DNA of 64,000 bases from Eledone cirrhosa (Eukaryota), in contig OZ024745.1 in NCBI GenBank assembly GCA_964016885.1, forward strand, positions 103,354,001 through 103,418,000, given 5' to 3'. The notes below the pieces were generated by a model, which worked only from the letters and a program-made list of their open reading frames with translations, was not told the DNA's origin and did not search any database. The stretch's first letter is position 1. Every line of letters starts with the position of its first letter. This document shows, in pieces, positions 12,108-22,696 of this stretch. The translations under genes were made by a program, and so were the position numbers.

Positions 12108-12372
12108 CATAGAAATAATCGGGCTGGATACCCGATCGCGCAGTTAAACCACTGGGAGTGAAGAACCCCTAGCCCTTGTCAGGGCATTCTTCTAGGAGAA
12201 GGCATCTCAGGAAACTGGGTTAACTCCGACATAAAACCTGCGGCTCAGTAGTTACCGATGATGTTGATCTTTTCTTCTTTTCGGGTTATAGCTACTGTCG
12301 CTCAGAGAGTGGGATTAGCTCAGTGCACAGCCTTTCCTCACTTTAAAAATATTCGTCACGCACAGTCATTGC
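12108..12372 (+). mobile_element. Probable RTE 5' UTR (Ceph-domain-like), detached from its ORF by a Tx1 insertion
   Basis: gagagtgggattagctcagtgcacagcctttcctcactttaaaaa...gcacagtcattgc is homologous to the elements at 32789-33080 and 63272-63562, which also carry an RTE-type 3' tip. Confidence 0.6.
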
Positions 12373-12413
12373 ACGATTGCATTAATTAATAATTATTAAT
12401 AGTGTATTATTAT

Positions 12414-15400
12414 CAGCTTACCAACATGGCCATATTAAGAGTAGGAAGTTTAAATGTTCGCGGCCTGGGGTCACCCTGGAAGCAGGGTCGCCTGCTCAAC
12501 GACCTCAGGTCACTGGAAATGGATGTGATTGCCATCAGCAACACCAGAATTTCCGACACGCGCGCACTAGCCCCCATTTTCGACGACTATCAGATCTTCC
12601 CATCTGTTAGCAGGCCAGGAATGAGGGTGAGGTGACAGTGCTGTTTAGGAAAGGACCGGATCTCGAGGTAAGGTCGATCTTCCGGGACTCGGACGGTAAG
12701 TTGGTGGTCTTGGATGTGAGCAGTAGCGAAGGTGGGGCCTTTAGACTGCTGGCTGTCTACGCCCCAGGGGCCGGACGACCGGACTTCTTTAGGTGCCTGG
12801 AGACCTTTCTGGGTACGTCTCGCCCTTTACTGTTAGCAGGAGACTGGAATGGCATCTTAGACGCACGCTGGGGTTGTGTGGGAGTAGCCGATAGGAGCGG
12901 GGGGTGCAAAAGCCTCAAGCACCTACTCAGCCAGTTCCAACTGTCTGACAGGTATCGACTAGATTTCCCCAATGTGCCAGTATGGACATGGACCAACTGA
13001 ATGGCGTCATCTAGATCATATATAGACAGGATCTTCATTAGGAAAATAGATAGAAATAGTGTAGGCTGCCCACTTTTTAAAACGGTCGCCTATTCAGATC
13101 ACAAATTTGTGATCTGTACAGTCGACCTAGATAAAACGCGTAGGTTGGGACCGAGTTACTGGAAGCTGAACATGTCATTTCCGGCACGTAAGGCTTACAG
13201 GGACCAGGTCAACAATTTAGTTAAGCAAAAGTTGACAGGGGGCATCATCAACAACAGATGGTGGGGGGCTCTCAAAAGAGAGATTAGAGTAACTTCGATA
13301 GAGTTCAGCAAAGAACTAGCGTTAGAGAAAAATAGAAAGGAGGGGGAGCTGGTAGATAAGTTAGACGCTATTTGTAGTGGCATTGCAACTGATGTGCTAG
13401 CGGCGAGAATGGCATTAGACCATTTCTTCAATGCGAAACACGAAGGTTGCATTGTCAGAGCTAAGGCGCATGTGCTGAGAAACGAGGGAACCAAAGCTGT
13501 TCGATGGGTCCGAGACGGACACGAGGTAAGCGATTCCAAGCAGATGTGTGAGACCTTTCACCAGCACTTTGCTCAGTTGTTCAGGGGGAGCGGCGAGTCA
13601 GAGAGAGTAGCGGATTTCAGTCCCTACCTTGACGGCTTGCCGCGCATCTCGACGGTTGACACTGAGTGCTGTGAAAGGCCGATTACTTCAGCCGAAATTC
13701 AGGACGCCCTTGTCGGCTGCATGAGGTGCAAGTCACCCAGTTTGGATGGCCTGCCCTACGTGCTTTACATAAATATGCCAGACTTGTTCTCCGATCCCCT
13801 CGGAGCACTCTACTGCAACTGGCAGCAGAATGGGAGTATTCCCAGTTCTGTGAGCAGGGGAGTGGTGACGCTGATAAGGAAAGATGAGAACAAGAGGGAT
13901 ACATTAGGCAACTTCAGGCCCATAACTCTGCTCAACACAGAGTTTAAGATTTTGGCCAAGGTGTTAGCAAAGAGATTGGTGCTTGTCATCGAGGATTTGG
14001 TTGGGGAGGCGCAAACTTGCGCAATCCAGGCCAGGTCCATACACGACAATCTCCACCTCATAGAGAGGGTAGGGTGTAAACCTGGCTTTGGTGGGGCACT
14101 GATCAATTTAGATCAATCGAAAGTATTCGATAGGGTCGACCATCGGTATCTGGAGTTTGTCCTCAAAGCAGCTGGCTTCAGCCCTGTCTACAGAAGCTGG
14201 ATCGCTGCATTGCACAGCGGCACATGCTCGGTGGTCAAGGTTAATGGCCACCTCTCGGAACCATTTTGGCTCTCCCGTCGGTCCGTCAAGGGTGCCCTCT
14301 CTCTTCCCTTCTGTACGTATTGACTCTCGAGCCTTTACTGTGGAAGCTGGAGCTGTTGCAGGGCATCCCGCTCAAACTGGGACGTGGAAAGGCGGTGTTG
14401 GCTTATGCAGACGACATCACTGTGATGGTTTCGAACACCTCAGAAATCGAGGTGGTCGGCACCTTATTGAAGGAATATGAAAGGTTGACAGGAGCCAAAC
14501 TTAACCCGGAAAAGTCGGTGGGCTTGCAGCTTGGAACCTGGAGAGGCAAGCCCATGCCGTCCAACAGCGTCGTGGGGGTGCTGGACGGACGGACCGGTAA
14601 AGTTGCTTGGGGTTTGGTTCAAACCAGACCTCCAGGTGGAAAAGAATTGGGACGAGGTAACGAGCAGAGTAGCCAGTCTCACCCACAAATGGGCTGGGAG
14701 GAAGCTATCACTGAAAGGTCGCGCGGAGGTGGCGAATGCGTATATCATGTCCGTCATCTACTACTGCCTGACCGTCATGCCTCGTCAAGTTGGAACGGCT
14801 CCTCTTCAAATTCTTGTGGAGGGGACAAGTTCTGTTGGTGAGGCGGTCTATCTGCTGCCAGTACCCTCTACGCGGAGGGCTGGGCATGCCGTGGCTAATG
14901 ATGCGCAGACATGCGTTGAGGCTGCGACATCTCCAGATATTCTGCCTCAATGGTGAACAGGTGTGGTCGCCGTTTATCAGACGGGCTTTTCCGCAGCTTA
15001 TTTCTTTGACTGAGCTGCAGTCCTGGGTCAAGAAGAGACAGAGACTGGGTGACTGGCACCTGGAATGTTGCCAGGCACTCACTGCCCTCTACCAAGCTGG
15101 CAATGCGATCAGTGGAACTTCCACTCTCGAGTTCTATAGAGGATTAGTGGTGGGCAAGTGCAATGATGCACTCGGAGAAGCTTTGGGCCGTGATGAAGTC
15201 GAACTGACCAGTCTGTACCGGAGGACTTTCGAGCCGGGGACGATGGACAATTTCCAGAAATCCCTCGCTTGGCAGTGCTACCGGGGGGCACTGCTGGTTC
15301 GGGAAAAAAATCTACAGGCATGGAAGTGCTGTCAGATGTACCTGCCCAAGATGCGCACAGAACTACGAAACCGTTCTGCACGCACTTGTCCAATGTCCGT

Positions 15401-16060
15401 GCATTACTGACTTGTGGAGTTATGTCGAACAGCTACTGTCGTGTGTGGAACGAATCCGGCTATCGGCCGAGTCCATAGTGAAGATCGACCCGCCGCCTTC
15501 CTTAGGTCAGGAAGAGCAGGCAATTTTCCTCTGTCTGGTTGCTGTTGTAAAAGAGGTTATATGGTGGACCAGATTAAAATGACTGAAGACAGACACTTTT
15601 CTCTTCGGCCAATCCCTCATTAACTTCTTCAAGTTTCACCTGGAAAGGAAGGTGAGGGTGGAGAGAGAAGTGCTGCCCCTCAGTACATTTGCTAAAAGGT
15701 GGATGAATGTGGCGAGAATGGCTCGTGTGAATGGGCCTACTCTGACCATGCGCCTATAGGCTAGCTAACTTGAGGAGAGGGGTGCTCTCCCTGGGTGCCC
15801 TAGAAGCGCAGGGTGGTTTAGGATTGGTGGGGTACCCGAGTCACCCCAGGGTCGTCCACCCTCTATTGGGGAATTTATTTTGTTATATTTATGCATAGTT
15901 TATTTTATATTTTTATATCTTCATTGTTAAATTAGTCTTGCCATTGTGCACTTTTACTCGACCTTATTGTAAACCCCCACTGTCCCTGTCTTTGTATTGT
16001 CCCCTACATGTCGGCCCTTGTGGCTAATAAATGAAATCATTATTATTATTATTATTATTG
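12414..16060 (+). mobile_element. L1/Tx1-like LINE: complete but frameshifted ORF2 (12426-15759), 3' UTR, (ATT)n tail, no ORF1
   Basis: APE (GSLNVRGL, GDWN, SYIDRIF, SDH), RT (NFRPITLLN, DQSKVFDRV, VRQGCPLS, YADD), RGGLGMP, C-terminal zinc knuckle. Confidence 0.92.
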
Positions 16061-16104
16061 TTGTTACTATTATTATTACTTTTTTTTTTTTTTTTTTTTT
16101 TTTT

Positions 16105-19100
16105 TAATTCAATGATGTTCCAAACAATATAAAAGAGATAATTGGCAATAAAGGTTCTGGAACAAAAAAGATAATTGGCAATAAGGGCAGGGGCCCCAGG
16201 TTATAACAGCCTGGGCCCGCTTGTCGTCGTGCCACTGTAATAGAGCCAAACAAGGCATTTAGTCTTGGCTGCTGGAATGTATGGACGCTGCTTGACAGGG
16301 ATTCCTTGGAGTGTCCTGAACAAAGGACCGCTCTTGTTGCAAAGGAGCTTCGACGTTACGATCTTGACATCGTGGCTTTATCTGAGATGAGGTTAGCTGA
16401 AGATGGTCATCTTACAGAATTTTGTGGAGAATATACATTCTTCTGGAAAGGAAGAGATGAAGGAACCAGAAGAGAGGCTGGGGTAGCATTTGCTGTTAAG
16501 ACTGTTCTTGTGAATAAATTAGAAGAATTCCCAGTAGGGATTAGTGAGCGTCTTATGTCCATGAGAATTCCGCTGGACAAAGGAAGATATGCAACCCTGG
16601 TGAGTATGCATGCTCCAACTATGAATTCTGTCGATGAAGAAAAAGTATCCTTTTACCATGCCTTGAAAGGTGTTTTAAGAAATATCCCTCAGGCAGACAA
16701 AGTCATCATGCTTGGTGACTTTAATGCTAGAGTGGGTAGAGATTTTAACACATGGAATGTAATCAGAAGGCATGGGGTGGGAAAGTGTAACAACAATGGT
16801 ATGCTCCTGCTGCAGATGTGTGAGGAGCTGAATCTGTATGTTACCAACACCATGTTCCAACAAAAGAACTAATTCAAGACCACATGGATGCATCCTGCAT
16901 CTAAGGAATGGTATCTTTTGGACTACGTCCTAGTCAGGATGCGTGACAGACAGGATGTGCAGTGTGTTCGTGCTCTTCATGGAGCTGAGTGCTGGACGGA
17001 CCACCGCCTGGTACGCGTAAAAGTGAAACTTATCACTAAACGTAAAATCCTGGCTCCTGCCCAGAAGATTGAATGCTGCTCATCTTAAGGATAAAAATGT
17101 GAAGAGGGCATTGCAAGAAGAGATGCAGGTTGCAGATCTTGGTGAGGATTGGCCGACCCTTAAAAAGTCGGTTTATGATGTAGGCAGGCGTGTTCTGGGA
17201 TTGGTGCAGAGAAAACATCAGGACTGGTTTAATGAGAATGATGTACATATAGAAGACTTATTGGCTGATAAGAGGCGTTCTCTGTCACGCTACTTGACGA
17301 CAAAACCACAGGAGAAGAATACGTTGCATAAGGAACTCAAGGATGTGAAATCACGTGTTAGGCAGAGTCTTTCTCAGATAAAGGATCTGTGGTGGAGTGA
17401 GAAGGTTGATGATATACAAACTGCGTTAGATTCCAATAACACAAAGCTGTTGTACAGTCTCCTGTGTGAGGTTTATGGACCGTCTTCTCTCTGGTGACAC
17501 CGCTTCGCAGCAAGGATGGCAAAGAAATTCTTCATGACTCACAAGGAATTCTATGAAGGTGGCGAGAGCACTTTGATGATCTTTTGAATCAGCCGTCTGT
17601 TGTCAATGAAGATTTCCTCAATCTCATTCCAGAAAGTCCTGTGAAAGTAGCTCTCGCAGAACCTCAGACGGTTGTGGAGGTTGCAGTGGCTATCTCGAAG
17701 CTGAACAGTGGAAGGTCTCCAGGTATGGATGGCATACATGCTGAGCTCCTACAATATGGTGGTGAGAGACTCCTGCAACATCTTCACTCTTTGTTTGGCA
17801 GGATATGGGCTAATGAATCCGTACCTGAGGACTGGAGAGATGCAGTAATGGTGGTCTTGTACAAGGGAAAGGGTAACAGGAATGATTGTGGGAACTACAG
17901 AGGTATATCATTGCTTTCTGTCGTAGGAAAAGTTTTATGTAGGATGCTTCTGGACTGTCTGCTGACACACATTGCAGATTGTGTTCTTCCTGAAAGTCAA
18001 TCTGGTTTTCGTGCTGGACGCGACACTACTGATATGATCTTTTCAGCTAGACAGCTCCAGGAGAAGTGCATGGAACAAGGTTTGGATCTGTATCAGGTTT
18101 TTGTCGATCTGACAAAAGCTTTCAATACTGTTAACAGAAATGCATTATGAAAGGTTCTCCAGAAACTTGGTTGCCCTGATAAGTTCCTTGCTTTAGTTAG
18201 GTCTTTCCATGACGACATGAAGGCTTGGGTTAATGTCGGAGGTAACATGTCGGAGCCTATCTCAGTAAAAAATGGAGTGAAACAGGGGATATTCCAGCAC
18301 CGACCCTGTTTGCCATATACTTTGCAATGGTTTTCTGTATTGCATTCAGGAATTGCGAGCATGGTGTTTACATCCGATATCGAACCTCGGGCAGCATATT
18401 TCACATCAGGCACTTTGCTGCAAAGACAAAAGTATTTACATCAATCATAAGAGACCTCTTGTATGCAGATGATTGCGATCTTGTAGCACACACAGAGAGT
18501 GATATGCAGCACATTTTGAATGCATTTTCTGATGCTTGCACTGCCCTAGGATTGACTGTCAGTCTCAAGAAAACCGTTGTCATGTACCAACCTGCCCCTG
18601 GTAAGCAGTACACTGAACCAAACATGTATGTGTATGGCAAACGACTTGGAGTGGTTGATCAGTTTGTCTACCTTGGAAGCACTGTCAATCGATACAGCAA
18701 CCTTGATAGTGAAATCTCACTTAGGATTAGGAAAGCAAGTGATACTTTCGGAAAGCTAAAAAGGCGAGACATATACAAGAAGACAAAGGTAAAGGTGTAC
18801 AAGGCATGTGTGCTCTCTTCTCTTCTTTATGCCTGCGAGACCTGGGTCACATATCGACACCACCTTAAGCAATTGGAGTGTTTCCATCAGATGTGTCTCA
18901 GACGGATCCATGGCGTTCACTGGAGGGACCACATCAGTGATGTCGAGATTTTGGAAAGCTCTATGTGTGACAGTATAGAAGCTCTTGTGCTTAAGCAACG
19001 ACTCCGTTGGAGTGGTTACCTTGCCAGGATGAAGGATTCTAGAATACCAAAACAACTCTTTTATAGAGAGTTGGTTAAAGGAAAACGACCGCCACATAAA

Positions 19101-20172
19101 CCAAAAAGAGAGGTATAAGGATTCCTTGAAAGCCTCTTTAAAAGACGCTAACATCTCTGCTGATACATGGGAAAATATTGCTGCTGATCGTAATAAATGG
19201 AGAAAGACTGTATATGAGGGAAAAGTTTCTTTTGAGGCATCTCGAATCGCATACGAGAGAGTAAAGCGGGATGTGAGGAGGGGCATTGCTGTTGCACTTC
19301 CAGATGGCAAGGGTCCTCCTATGGTGCTGACATGCAGCGTCTGTGCGAGACTCTGCCTAAGCAAAGCTGGACTCGAAAGTCATCTTCGCAGTCATAAAGT
19401 AAGACCAGTAGTTGACTACCAGGGTGTGTTGGAGATGCTACTCATCATGCTTGCCAAGCATGTGGTAGAGAATGTAAATCAGCAGGAGGGCTCAAACGAC
19501 ATGCAAAAGTACATGAACTCCAACCACAGCCAGCTATTCCCAGTGAATGTTTTGGTTGTCGACTCTGTGCAAGACATTTTAGATCATTGGCTGGGCTAAT
19601 AAGCCACATTCGATCACAGCGCTGTTAATTACTATCGTGTTTATGTGTGTGCATATATATATATGTATATTATTATTGTTGTTGTTGTCGTTATTATTAT
19701 TGTTGTTATTATTATTATTATTGTCATTAATATATATATAGAGAGAGAGAGAGAGGTTATATTTAATTTGTTGGGATTCAACAAGCTTAAAAATGTTTAC
19801 ATATCATCTTCTTCCAACAGTTTAATTTAAATAAATCGTTATCTTTTCAACCTTTCGGACACTCATTTGCATACTCACTCATAACTTTGTATCACCCTCA
19901 ATAAAATATTATCTCCGCTATCCAGGAAGCTCCAACCGTTAAGGTTGTCTTTTTTCCGGGTATGTCAATATTTATTTATAAAACAAATCTGTATTTTATC
20001 TGATGAAAGCGCACCATAATTTGCCTTCGTTGCCCTTGAAATATGTATAATAAAATAAATATGGTTTTATAAATATAGTTTCCATTTATTAATATATTGT
20101 ATATATATATATATATATATTTTTTTTTTCTCGTGCAATGGCCATACTCGATAACGAGGGGGCAGCCATCAT
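16105..20172 (+). mobile_element. RTE (BovB-like) LINE, near full-length degenerate APE-RT ORF ending at about 19628; 3' tip at 20131-20172
   Basis: GCWNV, RTALVAKELRRYDLDIVALSE, GDFNARVG, TDH, NYRGISLLS, LPESQSGFR, YADD, RLRWSG, C2H2 fingers; multiple stops and frameshifts. Confidence 0.92.
19992..20057 (+). ncRNA. Minimal type I hammerhead ribozyme motif
   Basis: Stem I tattttat/ataaaata (8 bp), CTGATGA 20000-20006, stem II, GAAA 20038-20041, t-atgt-a, AUA site after 20049. Confidence 0.78.
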
Positions 20173-20230
20173 ATATATATATGTATATATGTATATGTAT
20201 GTATATATATATATGTATATGTATATATAT

Positions 20231-20518
20231 CATCATCATCATCATTATAAGGTCTATCTTCCATGCTAGCATTGGTTTAGATGAGAGTTGTCCTACTTGA
20301 GGCAAGATTGGTCGGGTGACCATGTCTCGCTCGTATAGGGCTGTCTGGCAGGTTTTCTACTGCTGGATGCCCTTCCTAACACCAACTACGTTTACAGTGT
20401 GGACTGGGAGGTTTTTACAGTGTTACCTACACGGCCACATTAGAGCGTGGACTGTGTGTTTTTTTTCTCGTGACACCTACACAACCTTATTTTGGACTGG
20501 ATGTTGTGGTACCAACAT

Positions 20519-20520
<2 letters not shown>
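20231..20520 (-). mobile_element. RTE 3' UTR fragment with (GAT)n tail
   Basis: (cat)n...ttccatgctagc...gctggatgcccttcctaacacc. Confidence 0.85.
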
Positions 20521-20590
<70 letters not shown>

Positions 20591-20623
20591 GTAATAATAG
20601 TAAATGTAAAGACTAAAATCTAA

Positions 20624-20678
20624 AGAGTTTCAGAAGATCCCGTTAAGGGTGAAAGCAGCGATTCTTTGCTTAAACTTT
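20624..20678 (+). ncRNA. Degenerate hammerhead-like motif between two (TA)n tracts
   Basis: agagttt-CAGAAGA-tccc/gggt-GAAA-gca/tgc-TT-aaacttt; core U4 changed to A. Confidence 0.5.
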
Positions 20679-20695
20679 AATCTGTTATTTTAATA

Positions 20696-20784
<89 letters not shown>

Positions 20785-22618
20785 TATTATCATTATCACT
20801 ATCTTCGTTTAACGTCCATCTTCCATGCTACCATGGGTTAAACGGGAGTTGTCCCACTTGAGGCAAGGTTTTCTATAGCTGGATGCCCTTCCTAACACCA
20901 ACAACATTTAAAGTGTGGAACTGGGAACTTTTTACCATGTTACCCACATGGCCACATTACAGCGTAGACTGTGTGTTTTTTTGTCGTGACACCTACATGA
21001 TCTAGATCTCATTTTCTCATTTATTTGGATTGGATGTTGTGGTACCAACTTTACAGAGAGAGGGTGGTGTTGGTGGGAGTGGGAGGATAGGGTAGGGGTA
21101 GTGGATTAGGGTGTATATTTGGTTAAGAGGTGCCTACTGACTGTAGGTCTCACTTTGTACATAGGCAAAGCAGGTCTTCTGTATTACTGTGTAGCACCAA
21201 AGATCTTGGTCCTGTGACATTGTCTTAGAGAGGTGCAAGTGTGTGAGGTCGGAATTTATCAGATCGTCCCAGGTTTTTCTGGGTCTACCTACTCTATAAC
21301 TACCATCAATTTTGATCGCCCTCCACTTTTTTATACAGCTGTCGTCTTTCATGCACATCACGTAATCATACCAATGTAGTCTTCCCTCAAGTAAACAGCA
21401 CCTGATCCCTCTTATTCCTAATTTCTCACTTAGTTCATTTATGCTTGCCGTTCACATATATTACTATTACACATCCAATGGAGCATGCATGCTTCGTTCC
21501 TTTCCAGTCTGCGCCGGTTCTCTACACACAATGCCCATGTCTGACTGCCATGTAGCATTGCTGTTCATATACAGGCATCATACAATCTGCCTTTCATTTT
21601 TAGAGAGAAACCTTTTGTAGCCAACAGCGGTATATGCTCTGAACTTTTTCCATCCCGTTCTAACTCTGGCTACTGTACTTTCAGAGCACCCTCCACCACT
21701 TCTGATTTTGTCACCCAGGCAACGGAAAGTGTCCACTATTTCTATAGAACCATCTGGGCAATAGAAGGAGCTAGTATCCTGTGGGCACACCTGAGCATCG
21801 GCCACATATAAAATCTATGTTCTTAGATAGTTTAACTGTGATCCCACTACACCTTTTATGTACCCATAGTTTGCATTTGGGACATAAAATGGAATTTCTG
21901 CCTACTCCTTTCCTACACACTGAGCATGGCCATTTACCTGAGGGCACCTGTGCCCTATTTTCTTTTCTACAAACTAGAACTTTAGTCTTAGACAAGTTAA
22001 CTTTAAGGTCTTTTGATTCTAGGCCATGCTTCCATGTTTGGAATTTCTTCTCTAGTTCAGCCATAGATTTATGAGAGTTAGATCATCTGTGTATAGGAGT
22101 TCCCATGGGCAACCCATCTTGAACTCCTCTGTTATAGCCTGAAGGGCAATAATAAATAGGAGGGGGGCTAAGGACAGAGCCTTGATGAACACCAACTTTT
22201 ACACTAAATTCTTCACAATATTCATTGTTAATTCTAACCTTACTGACTGTTTCTTTATATATAGCTTGTATAGCTCTCACAAGCCATTCCTCTACATCTA
22301 GTTTTCTAAGAGCCCAACAGATAATGGAGCGGGGGACTATATCAAAGGCTTTCTCCAAGTTAACAAAAGCTAAGTAGAGGGGTTTACTTTTAGCTAGGTA
22401 CTTCCCCTGAAGTTGTACAAGGAAAAGAGTGTCTGTGGTACTTTTACCTGACACAAACCCAAACTGCATTTCATCTAGATCAATTTTCTCTCTGCTTAGT
22501 TGCGCTATAACTCTTTCTGTGACCTTCATGACCTGGTCAACTAACTTAATGCCTCTATAGTTTCCCCTATCTAGAGCATCCCCTTTACCCTTGTAGCAGT
22601 TAATGATGATGCTGCTAC
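20785..22618 (-). mobile_element. RTE LINE (family with PHD-like insert), 5'-truncated, degenerate
   Basis: RT motifs NYRGIKL, EMQFGF, GVHQGSVLSP; Cys-rich insert; GRPRKTW; 3' UTR. Confidence 0.92.
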
Positions 22619-22648
22619 ATATATGTATATATATATACATATATATAC

Positions 22649-22690
<42 letters not shown>

Positions 22691-22696
<6 letters not shown>

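Noticed and set aside
12108-12260. HDV-like ribozyme at the putative RTE 5' end
   Set aside because: Could not build the nested double pseudoknot by eye
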